DNA of 63,172 bases, the filler included. It is 8 parts of 8 records of this genome, joined end to end, with 100 filler letters (N's around TTAATTAATTAA, not from the genome) between each part and the next. Parts side by side here need not be neighbours in the genome. Positions count along the whole stretch, not along the records: positions 1 to 27,448 come from SRR20825015_454; 7 more parts are not named here. One strand, given 5' to 3'. A model generated the notes under the pieces. The model had not been told where the DNA came from and ran no database searches. It was given only the letters and a program-made list of their open reading frames with translations. The position numbers were made by a program, and so were the translations under genes. Positions 1 to 8,756 of this stretch are shown here, one piece after another (positions within the stretch are counted from its first letter, which is position 1; every line of letters starts with the position of its first letter).

Positions 1-30
1 CTGGATTCTTCACTTTGTTCAGAATGACAA

Positions 31-1002
31 TCAGGGCTGGCGTCCGGTTTTGCCGAAGATCGGCTCCATCAATCCTTTTAAATAGCCGATTGCAAAGATG
101 TGACCGGGCAAGCCATAGCCTTCGGCGGACTCGCTTTCGATCGCGAGCTGCGGCACGTGATCGACGCGAATGAAACCGTCGAAGCCGATATCTTTGTAAG
201 TTTGAAAAAGGCGGACCATATCGGTCGGACCATTGTCTGGAAACGTCTCGTGAAAATCGTTCAAGGTTCCTGCGATATCCCGGAAGTGAACGAAGTGGAT
301 GCGATCGGAAAAGTGTCGGATGGTGGCGTCGAGATCGACTTCAAGTTCAGCGAAGCAACCCTGGCAGAACGTCATGCCATTGACGGGACTGGGATGCATC
401 GCGAAGAGCCGGTCATAGTTTTCAACGCTGCGCATGATGCGGGAGAGGTTCCACATCGGTGAGAGCGGAGGATCATCGGGGTGCATCGCGAGGTTTACCT
501 CGGCGGCTTCGGCGGCGGGAATGATGCGTTTGAGGAAGTAGTCGAGGTTGTCCCACATCTGTTCATCCGTGGTGGTGCCTTCCCCGGTCATGCGGTCGTT
601 GTCGGAACCTTCGAATTGGTAACTGCTGGTGTGAGCGCCGCCACGTTCGGGGGTTTCGAATGAGGTGCGGATCACCATCGCATCCTCGGTGATCTGCGGC
701 ATGAAATTATAGCACAGCGTGCCGATGCCGACTTTGCCCATATTGCCAATCGCCCGCTTGTAATCCTCGATTTGTTGATCGCGACCTTCTTTGCCCAGGA
801 CGATTTGATCGATGAGCGGTCCGCCTTCGACGACGGAGAGTTGGAGTCCGTTTCGCTCTGATTGTTCTTTGGCCGCCTGCAATGGAGCCAGTTCGATCGG
901 CATTCCGGCCATATCGTAGAAGCACTGGTGCTCCACGCCGATTTGGGCGAGGGTGCGAAGATTGGTGTCGGAGGGCGTTTTAGCGACGGCGGCAATTTTC
1001 AT
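31..1002 (-). CDS. uxuA: Mannonate dehydratase family protein (UxuA-like)
   Basis: Motifs LCYNFMP, MHPDDPP, FCQG, HFVHFRD and DHVP. Start moved to ATG at 1002 (MKIAAV). Confidence 0.8.
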   Translation of the reverse strand: MKIAAVAKTPSDTNLRTLAQIGVEHQCFYDMAGMPIELAPLQAAKEQSERNGLQLSVVEGGPLIDQIVLGKEGRDQQIEDYKRAIGNMGKVGIGTLCYNFMPQITEDAMVIRTSFETPERGGAHTSSYQFEGSDNDRMTGEGTTTDEQMWDNLDYFLKRIIPAAEAAEVNLAMHPDDPPLSPMWNLSRIMRSVENYDRLFAMHPSPVNGMTFCQGCFAELEVDLDATIRHFSDRIHFVHFRDIAGTLNDFHETFPDNGPTDMVRLFQTYKDIGFDGFIRVDHVPQLAIESESAEGYGLPGHIFAIGYLKGLMEPIFGKTGRQP

Positions 1003-1131
1003 GAGAGGGTGACGTTTGAGACGTCTTGTTTGAGTATGAAAGTCGGCGAAACCTGCCAATCACGTATTTGTGTTAACTGAACACCTTACACCGGTTTACG
1101 GATCGTGGACGGGACATATGCGAACAAATTG

Positions 1132-1171
1132 TTGACATAGTGAATCTATCATCGGACTAGATTGTATCTAG
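1132..1171 (+). promoter_or_regulatory. Putative -35 (TTGACA) and palindromic operator CTAGAT-N3-ATCTAG in the divergent intergenic region
   Basis: TTGACA at 1132-1137 and an inverted repeat at 1157-1171, between divergent catabolic genes with a GntR-type regulator in the cluster. No clean -10 at 17 bp. Confidence 0.35.
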
Positions 1172-1241
1172 CTCTACCCTCTAATTCCGAGAGTCCGGAT
1201 TGCCCGAAGATCCGGATAATTCACTCTGGCATTTCGCGTTT

Positions 1242-2435
1242 ATGAAAATCACTGATCTGAAAGTATTCTTGGTTAACCCGGGGAAAAAGGTCAGCTACGG
1301 CACTGGTTGGAGCAAGAACCTGGTCATCATTAAGATTTGGACCGATGAGGGGATCTGCGGGGTCGGCGAGGCGTTTGCGACCGGCAAGGCGAAGGAAACG
1401 GAAGCCGCGGTTTATACCTACGGGCGTTGGCTCAAGGACAAGGATCCACGCGAGATCGTGCGGCACTGGCACGCCTATTATCGCGGTTCGCGCTATCCAT
1501 TGGGCACGGCGACGATGGCGGCGTTAAGTGCGGTCGAACAGGCGTTGTGGGATATCTCGGGGAAGGCCTGCGGATTGCCGGTTTACCGGATGTTGGGCGG
1601 ACCTTTCCGCAAAAAGATCCGACTTTATGCGAGTGGTTATCTGGCACAGCCGGGGCACTTTTTTGAAGGCGAAGGTGGAACGGTAGCGGATGGCGCGCGA
1701 GCGGTGGTGGCGATGGGCTACACGGCTTTGAAGATCACTCCGCAGCCGGACGATTATGAGGGCAAGCCGTGGTCGTATGTGTTGCGTGCCTCGATTGATC
1801 GGGTCGCGAGTGTGCGTGAAGCGGTGGGTGAGGAGGTGGATATATGTCTGGATTTTCACGGTCGTAGTTTCAGCCCCGCGGAACCCGTGCAGCTGGCTCA
1901 GGAAATTGAAAAATACCGTCCCCTGTTCTTGGAGGAACCGGCATTGACGGAATCGCCGGAATCGCTCGTCGAGGTAAAGATGAAAACTTCCATTACGATT
2001 GCCGGTGGAGAGCGCTGCATCGGTCGGGATCGACTGAAGGAGATTTTGGACAAACGCGCGGTGCACGTGCTGCAACCGGAGCCCACCTGTAACGGAGGTA
2101 TTCTCGAAACGATACACTGGGCGGCGATGGCGGAGTTGTCGCACATCAGTCTCGCGCCGCATCAGGCCTGCGGGCCGATTTCGTTGATGGCCTGTGCCCA
2201 GATTGATGCCTGCGCTCCGAATTTTCTCATTCAGGAATGTAACGTCGATTTTGAGTCCGAATTTATCCGCGACCTGTTTACCGATCTTCCGACGATCGAG
2301 GACGGACATCTGATCCTGCCGGAAATACCCGGCATCGGTGTGACCTTTAATGAAGAAGCGGCGGAGAAATATCCGTATAAGCCATTCGATCGTCCGGTGA
2401 TCCAATCGAGTGACGGTGGCATCGCTTTGGAATAA
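1242..2435 (+). CDS. Mandelate racemase/muconate lactonizing (enolase superfamily) acid-sugar dehydratase, DgoD-like
   Basis: Motifs SAVEQALWDISGKACGLPVYRMLGG, DFHGR, EEP, GER, APH and IQE. Start at MKITDLKVF. Confidence 0.85.
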   Translation: MKITDLKVFLVNPGKKVSYGTGWSKNLVIIKIWTDEGICGVGEAFATGKAKETEAAVYTYGRWLKDKDPREIVRHWHAYYRGSRYPLGTATMAALSAVEQALWDISGKACGLPVYRMLGGPFRKKIRLYASGYLAQPGHFFEGEGGTVADGARAVVAMGYTALKITPQPDDYEGKPWSYVLRASIDRVASVREAVGEEVDICLDFHGRSFSPAEPVQLAQEIEKYRPLFLEEPALTESPESLVEVKMKTSITIAGGERCIGRDRLKEILDKRAVHVLQPEPTCNGGILETIHWAAMAELSHISLAPHQACGPISLMACAQIDACAPNFLIQECNVDFESEFIRDLFTDLPTIEDGHLILPEIPGIGVTFNEEAAEKYPYKPFDRPVIQSSDGGIALE

Positions 2436-2446
2436 ACAGACAACTT

Positions 2447-3409
2447 ATGAAATATCGCACTCTCGGTCGCACAGGTTTACAGGTTTCCATGATGGGTATG
2501 GGGACGGGAGGCGGGCCTGATCCGCTCGGGCAAAAAAGTGGCAAGCCTGAGTCCGAAGCGATTGCCTTGTTACGCAAGGCACATGAGCTCGGCATCAACT
2601 TTTTCGATACGGCTCCCGGGTATCTGGATAGTGAAGTTATTCTCGGGAAAGCGCTCCGTGAATTGCCGCGGGACGAGGTGGTGGTTTCGACGAAGATCGC
2701 TCTTGCCGGCGGGATGCCCGGCCAACCGATGACGATCGCGAAGCCTGAAGAGATTGAGGAAGAAGTGAATAAGAGCCTGGAGCGTTTGCAGATGGATTAT
2801 GTCGACCTGATGCTGATTGGCGTCGCAGGTCCGGAGTTTCACGATATGGTGCTGAACGAGCAGCTTCCCGTCCTGGAACGATTGCAGCAGGCGGGTAAGA
2901 TTCGCGCTCTCGGTTCGACTGAGCTCTCGCGAGCCGATGGTGATCACACGTGGCTGCAGAGCATTCTGCCGTCTGGGAAACTCGATGTGGCGATGGTGGC
3001 GCACAACATGATTAACCAGTCCGCTCAGCACTCGGTCTTTCCGCTTTGCCAGGAAATGAATCTCGGCGTGTGCAACGTGTTTACGGTGCGCAAAGTCTTT
3101 GGAACACCGGGTCGCTTGCGTGAGGTGCTGGATGATTTAGCTCAGCGCGGTATGGTGGATGCGGCCGAGGTAGCAGGGTCGAATCCGCTCGGATGGATGG
3201 TGGAGTCGGGCGAGGTGGAATCCGTGATCGAAGCCGCGTATCGCTATGTGGGTTACACGGATGGAGTGACTGTCGTCATGAATGGCGCCAACGAGATCCC
3301 CCTTCTGGAGCAAAACGTGACAAACGTGCTCAAGGGGCCGTTGTCTGATCGCACCCGGACTCGTCTGACAGAAATTTTTGGTCGCGTGGCCGAAGCGATT
3401 GGCAACTGA
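2447..3409 (+). CDS. Aldo/keto reductase
   Basis: Motifs MKYRTLGRTGLQVS, GINFFDTAPGY, STK and SLERLQMDYVD. Confidence 0.85.
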   Translation: MKYRTLGRTGLQVSMMGMGTGGGPDPLGQKSGKPESEAIALLRKAHELGINFFDTAPGYLDSEVILGKALRELPRDEVVVSTKIALAGGMPGQPMTIAKPEEIEEEVNKSLERLQMDYVDLMLIGVAGPEFHDMVLNEQLPVLERLQQAGKIRALGSTELSRADGDHTWLQSILPSGKLDVAMVAHNMINQSAQHSVFPLCQEMNLGVCNVFTVRKVFGTPGRLREVLDDLAQRGMVDAAEVAGSNPLGWMVESGEVESVIEAAYRYVGYTDGVTVVMNGANEIPLLEQNVTNVLKGPLSDRTRTRLTEIFGRVAEAIGN

Positions 3410-3436
3410 GCAAGACTGTGCAGGCTCCCGCTCATT

Positions 3437-4564
3437 GTGACTAAACCACCGACCGACAATCCCTATTACATGGAGATCGCTGATGATCTTCGGCAAAGAC
3501 TTTTGTCCGGTGATTTTAAGCCCGGTCAGCGTTTCTATTCCGTGCGCGGTCTGATCACGGAGACGCGTCGCAGTCTGCCGACCGTCAGATCGGCCCTCAA
3601 TATTCTGATTAAGGACGGACTGCTCGAAGCGCGGCAGGGCAGTGGTATTTACGTGACGGATCGGGTCATCTCGGCGACTCGCTCCAAGCGGGGATTTTAT
3701 AATTTCATGGCGGTGATTCCCTCCACCTCCGAACCGGATGAACCGTGGTTTACCGGCAAGATTGGATTGGGCATGATTAATCGTGCCAATCAGGATCACT
3801 CGGTCGTTTCCTTCTATAAAAGGCGGACGCCCGGAGATCATTCGCCGGCTTTGGTGCAGCAGGATTTGGAGAGCGTTCTGGCCATGCGTCCCGATGGCAT
3901 CGCGTGGTTGCACAGTCGCGATGAAGATGCCGAGATTTTACGCGAACTGCATCGTCAACACATTCCCGTGGTCACGACCATGCGCAACGTTCCGGACCTC
4001 GAACTGCCGCTGATCCAGGAAGACAATCTCGTCTATGCTTCGATGGTGTTGTCCAATTTCGAGGCGCGCGGCCATCGCCGAATCGGCATCGTGGGACGCT
4101 CAACCAGTGATGACTATTTTCGCACCAAGGTGGCGGCGTTTCGGGAAGCGGCGCCTTCGTTTCAAGTTGAGGTGCGCGAGCAAGATTACTTTGAAATGTC
4201 GCCCCTCGGCGCGATGTCGGATGAGGCGGAAGATCGCGCGTTACAAAAATTTCTTGAAGAACGGGAAGGCTTGAGCGGATTGCTGGTTTTGGCGGCGACC
4301 GGGATTCGTCCGATAATGGCGTTGCAACGTGGTTCGTTTGCCGCGCGCATGAATCGAATTTCGCTTGTGCTCAACGTGCTCGATGGAGTCGAGGTGCCCA
4401 AGATGCCCAATGGTGAATCTTTGGCTGCGATCTATCCGCCCTTGGAAAAACTGGGTGAGGAGCTCGTGCGTCAGCTCGCCTTGGCCGCCCGCGGTGAATC
4501 GATCGGAAGCCTGCCACGACTGGTGCCGGTATTTCAGGGCGGCGACTCTCTCAAAATGGTCTAG
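3437..4564 (+). CDS. GntR-family regulator with LacI-type sugar-binding domain (AraR-like architecture)
   Basis: N-terminal wHTH (YMEIADDLRQ...TVRSAL...QGSGIYV) followed by a periplasmic-binding-like domain (GHRRIGIV). Confidence 0.8.
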   Translation: MTKPPTDNPYYMEIADDLRQRLLSGDFKPGQRFYSVRGLITETRRSLPTVRSALNILIKDGLLEARQGSGIYVTDRVISATRSKRGFYNFMAVIPSTSEPDEPWFTGKIGLGMINRANQDHSVVSFYKRRTPGDHSPALVQQDLESVLAMRPDGIAWLHSRDEDAEILRELHRQHIPVVTTMRNVPDLELPLIQEDNLVYASMVLSNFEARGHRRIGIVGRSTSDDYFRTKVAAFREAAPSFQVEVREQDYFEMSPLGAMSDEAEDRALQKFLEEREGLSGLLVLAATGIRPIMALQRGSFAARMNRISLVLNVLDGVEVPKMPNGESLAAIYPPLEKLGEELVRQLALAARGESIGSLPRLVPVFQGGDSLKMV

Positions 4565-4670
4565 CACGAACGGCTCGGTCGCCTCGAATCCAGCCTTCAA
4601 GGTTGACGTGCTGGCTTCAATGGAAACAATATGGATTCAATTTAGTTAAACATAGTAACAATATAGAACA

Positions 4671-5600
4671 ATGATGACCCCAGAAGAGCTCCGTAAGAAA
4701 CTAACCGGCCCCATCGTGGCCATGACGACTCATTTCACGCCCGACGATAAGATTGATGTCGAAGCGATGCAGCGTCTCACCGAATTTTACATCGATCAGG
4801 GGATTCAGACCGTGATCGCCGACGGCAGCACGGGTGAGTTTGCGAGCCTGTCCGATGAGGAGCGGCGTTTGGTGATCAAGACAGTGTGCGAAACGGCTAA
4901 AGGTCGCATGACCGTGATCGCGGGCACCGCCTGTCCCGGAACGAAACTTACGATTGAATTAACCAACTATGCGGAGGAAGTGGGGGCCGATGGCGTAATG
5001 ATCACCCCGCCGTATTACGGTTTCAGTGGTTTCGAAGGGTTGAAGAAGCATTATCGAGACATCGCAGAGGAGACCAATCTCGGGATCATCGTATATTTCA
5101 GCGGGGCGGTGATGCACACGGTGAGCAACATCCTCGCGAAGCCGGAGCTGATGCTCGAATTGGTGGAAGCGGGGCAGGGCCACATTTCCGGCTTCAAAGA
5201 TGCTTCCGGTAATTTCCATTTTTACCGCACGGTCTGCAAATTGCTCAAAGACAAGGTCGCGGTGATGGGGAGCAACGGTATGAACTACTATCTCTATGCC
5301 CATCAGTTTGGCGGTCCGTGTTTCCTCACCGGGCTCGGCAACATCTGGCCCAAAGTCGAACTCGAATTCGATGCGGCGTTGCAAAGTGGTGATACCGCGA
5401 AAGCTCTCGAAATCGTCAACGAGAAGGATCTGCCGTATCTCAAGGCTGCCGTGGCCACGGGCACTTACAATGGTGCGGTGAAAGCACTGCTCGAAGCCAA
5501 CGGACTACCCGGAGGCCACATGCGCGGTCCGTTTGTGGACTGCACACCGCAGCAGAAAGCCGATCTGATCAAAGCCTGCACGGCGATTGGTTTGATGTAG
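4671..5600 (+). CDS. Dihydrodipicolinate synthase/N-acetylneuraminate lyase family aldolase
   Basis: Motifs GSTGE, ITPPYY, IVY and Schiff-base Lys in GFKDASG. The catabolic context argues against lysine-biosynthetic DapA. Confidence 0.85.
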   Translation: MMTPEELRKKLTGPIVAMTTHFTPDDKIDVEAMQRLTEFYIDQGIQTVIADGSTGEFASLSDEERRLVIKTVCETAKGRMTVIAGTACPGTKLTIELTNYAEEVGADGVMITPPYYGFSGFEGLKKHYRDIAEETNLGIIVYFSGAVMHTVSNILAKPELMLELVEAGQGHISGFKDASGNFHFYRTVCKLLKDKVAVMGSNGMNYYLYAHQFGGPCFLTGLGNIWPKVELEFDAALQSGDTAKALEIVNEKDLPYLKAAVATGTYNGAVKALLEANGLPGGHMRGPFVDCTPQQKADLIKACTAIGLM

Positions 5601-5667
5601 CTCCAAAGGATTGGCTCCGGAGAAATCAAAACGTGCGCTCGGTCGTTTAATCGTCGATGCTTGCGGC

Positions 5668-6429
5668 ATGAAAGTATTCCTTCTCGCGGGGCAGTCTAAT
5701 CTGGCGGGTCGGGCTCCCGGATCGGAGGTCGGTGAGCCTGCTGGTGAGACGGCGATTCGCATGGATTACGTCTGCAGTTTTGCGGGCGATATGATGACTC
5801 CGCATCGTTCGCAAGATTGGGTGCCGCTGGGAGTATCACCTGCGCATGAAGGCATCGTCTGTGCTCACTTTGGGCCGGAGATCGGCCTGGGACGCAAGCT
5901 CGTGGACACGTGCCCCGGGGAATCGATGGCGTTCATCAAACACGGTCGCGGCGCGACGAATCTTGCGGAGGATTGGCATCCCGGAGCGACGACGGGGAAG
6001 CTGCTCTATCGTGATTTTATCGAGCACGCGCGAGCTGCCTTGGCGCGTTTAGTGGAGGCGTGCGAATCCGTGTCGATCGAGGCACTGTTTTGGTCACAAG
6101 GAGAAGCCGATGCGACCCGCGCGGAATGGGCGGCCAGTTATGAGGAAAACTTCCGCACGCTCCTTGCGCGGGTGCGTGTTGATTTGGACTGTCCGGAATT
6201 GAAAGTGATTGTAGCGCAGACGGGACTGGGCCGATCAGACGCGGGGATGAGTGAAGCTAAGCGGGTGCGTTCCGCACAATGCAAAGTTGTAAATGACGAT
6301 CCGCAGGCGGTGATTGTTTCGACCGATGATCTGACGTTGCTCGATCATGTGCACTACGATGCGCCTTCGCAATTGCGACTTGGTCACCGCTTGGCGGAAA
6401 CCTATCTGGGGATGGGTGAATCGGGTTAA
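5668..6429 (+). CDS. Sialate O-acetylesterase-like (SASA/CE6) SGNH esterase
   Basis: Motifs FLLAGQSN, FGPE, WSQGEAD and DHVH. Confidence 0.8.
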   Translation: MKVFLLAGQSNLAGRAPGSEVGEPAGETAIRMDYVCSFAGDMMTPHRSQDWVPLGVSPAHEGIVCAHFGPEIGLGRKLVDTCPGESMAFIKHGRGATNLAEDWHPGATTGKLLYRDFIEHARAALARLVEACESVSIEALFWSQGEADATRAEWAASYEENFRTLLARVRVDLDCPELKVIVAQTGLGRSDAGMSEAKRVRSAQCKVVNDDPQAVIVSTDDLTLLDHVHYDAPSQLRLGHRLAETYLGMGESG

Positions 6430-6521
6430 CCGCTCGCTGGAACGAATTTTCCATTGTCACGGGAGGCTTTTGACGGATGGATGGTGGACTCGCGGGATGA
6501 GCTCGCGGCCTTCTTTTTATT

Positions 6522-7295
6522 ATGAGCAACTCCGGAAATTCTTACCAAGTGGATCAACTGAAAGTGCATCGTTTCGGTGCGCTTGCCGACATGGCAGCAG
6601 CGGCGGCTGATGATGCGGCCAATGTGTTGCGCGAAGCGATTGCACAAAAGGGTTCGGCCCGGGCGATCATCGCCACGGGGAATTCCCAGGATCAGTTTCT
6701 CGAAAACCTCACGAAGAAAACCGACATCGATTGGAGCAAGGTCGCGCTTTTCCACATGGATGAGTATCTCGGCATGCCGATGACGCACACCGCTTCATTC
6801 CGGAAATATCTCAAAGAGCGTGTCTTCGATGTCGTGAATCCCGCCGAGGCACACTTCCTCGAAGGCGATGCGATGGAGCCGCTCAAGGCGATCCGCGCTT
6901 ATACCGATGCACTGGAATCCGCCCCGGTCGATCTCTGTTGTCTCGGGATCGGTGAAAACGGTCATATCGCGTTTAACGATCCGGCTGTCGCTGAGTTCGA
7001 AGATCCCGAAGCAATCAAGATCGTGAAACTCGATGAGAAGTGCCGAAGCCAGCAGGTCGGCGAAGGCCATTTCCCGAACCTCGACGCGGTGCCGATGTAT
7101 GCGATCACACTCACGATTCCCACGCTTTGCAAAGTCGGCCGGATGGTCGCTGTCGTGCCCGAAACGCGCAAGGCCCAAGCCGTGAAGGATTCACTCGAAG
7201 GTCCGATCGCACCGAGCTGCCCCGGTAGTTTCCTGCGCAAACAGGCCCACGCCGCGCTTTATCTCGACGGCGATTCGGCGTCGCTCCTCGCGTAA
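6522..7295 (+). CDS. Glucosamine-6-phosphate deaminase family protein (NagB-like)
   Basis: Motifs ATGNSQ, FHMDEY, LGIGENGHIAFNDP and AITLTIP. Confidence 0.8.
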   Translation: MSNSGNSYQVDQLKVHRFGALADMAAAAADDAANVLREAIAQKGSARAIIATGNSQDQFLENLTKKTDIDWSKVALFHMDEYLGMPMTHTASFRKYLKERVFDVVNPAEAHFLEGDAMEPLKAIRAYTDALESAPVDLCCLGIGENGHIAFNDPAVAEFEDPEAIKIVKLDEKCRSQQVGEGHFPNLDAVPMYAITLTIPTLCKVGRMVAVVPETRKAQAVKDSLEGPIAPSCPGSFLRKQAHAALYLDGDSASLLA

Positions 7296-7335
7296 ACACA
7301 GAGCCGGGCCACGGGAGTCGATCACGATTTTTACT

Positions 7336-8469
7336 ATGAAAACAATGATCGGTGCTTACGGTTCTTGGGCAGCGTCGATGCTGCCTCAAATGCCGGGCCC
7401 TTTATCCCTGCAGAATTGTCCGGCGGAGGAATTTGCTTCGCGCCGTGAGGCGGCGCGAGGCCGGGCATTCGAATGCCTTGCTCCGCCTCCGATCGCGAGT
7501 GGGGAAGTGAGGGTCTCACGACATTTCGAATACGATGGTTTGGCGATTGAAGAATTGTCATGGCCGCAACCTGCCGGCGAGCCGACCCAGGCTTGGGTTT
7601 TGAAACCGGCCCATGCCACCGATCCGCTGCCGGGGGTCTTGGCATTGCACGATCACGGCGGTTTTAAATTCTACGGGAAAGAGAAGATCGCGCAGATCGA
7701 TCAGGAGTGTCACCCGAAGATCAAACTGCATCGTGACGACTACTACGGAGGACTCGCGTGGGCCAATGAGCTGGCGCGGCGGGGTCACGTGGTGCTCGTG
7801 CATGATGCGTTCGCGTTTGGAAGCCGCCGGGTGCGAGTGGCCGAGGTGCCGTTCGAGATCCAAGGAGGCTTACAGAATGACTCCGATGACTCGTCCAACG
7901 GGATCGCGGCTTACGATCAATGGGCGCGCGAACATGAACAGGTCATGGCTAAATCACTTCTCTGCGCGGGCACCACCTGGCCGGGAGTATTTTTGAGTGA
8001 AGACCGGCGGGCACTGGATGTGCTTTGTTCCCGGTCGGATGTTGATGCGGATCGGGTGGGTGTTTGCGGATTATCAGGCGGCGGACTGCGCACGGTATTT
8101 TTAGGCGGTCTCGATGAACGGGTGAAGTGCGCCGTGTGCGTGGGCATGATGACGACTTGGCGTGATTTTCTGCTCCACAAAACTTTCACGCATACGTGGA
8201 TGTGTTTTGTGCCGCACTTACCTCGCGATCTCGATTTTCCGGAGCTATTTGGACTACGGGCACCGCGCGCGACGATGGTGATGAACACGCATGCCGACGG
8301 GCTCTTCACCCACGAAGGAATGGAGGATGCGGAAAAGATTCTGCGCACGATTTACCAGTCGGCGGGTGTTCCGGAAAAATTCGCGTGCTCATGGCATGAT
8401 GGCCCTCATCAGTTTAATCGCGAGATGCAGGCGGTGGCTTTTGAATGGATGGAGCGTTGGTTGGTCTAG
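7336..8469 (+). CDS. Alpha/beta hydrolase (dienelactone hydrolase/acetyl esterase-like)
   Basis: LALHDHGG, nucleophile elbow GLSGGG, and C-terminal GPH. Confidence 0.75.
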   Translation: MKTMIGAYGSWAASMLPQMPGPLSLQNCPAEEFASRREAARGRAFECLAPPPIASGEVRVSRHFEYDGLAIEELSWPQPAGEPTQAWVLKPAHATDPLPGVLALHDHGGFKFYGKEKIAQIDQECHPKIKLHRDDYYGGLAWANELARRGHVVLVHDAFAFGSRRVRVAEVPFEIQGGLQNDSDDSSNGIAAYDQWAREHEQVMAKSLLCAGTTWPGVFLSEDRRALDVLCSRSDVDADRVGVCGLSGGGLRTVFLGGLDERVKCAVCVGMMTTWRDFLLHKTFTHTWMCFVPHLPRDLDFPELFGLRAPRATMVMNTHADGLFTHEGMEDAEKILRTIYQSAGVPEKFACSWHDGPHQFNREMQAVAFEWMERWLV

Positions 8470-8756
8470 GTATTTTCTGAAGCACTGACTCGCGTGGCGT
8501 TCCCGGTGTGATCACACGGCCTGAGCAGTGATCGATGTGGTCTTGTGTGTGTTGCGATACTCTTTGGTGAGTTGCTTTAAAAATGATCAGACCGTTACTC
8601 CGGTCTGATTTGAGGTTTATGTTGGTTTCAAGGGCCGATGTATGTAGGATGCAGTTCTACACGTAGACTCTGCCATCCGGATGAGTCGATTCTGCTTAAC
8701 TCGGGAGAAATTCGAGTGAGCACCTAAGCTAACGATAACCCACAGCAAAGTTAATC

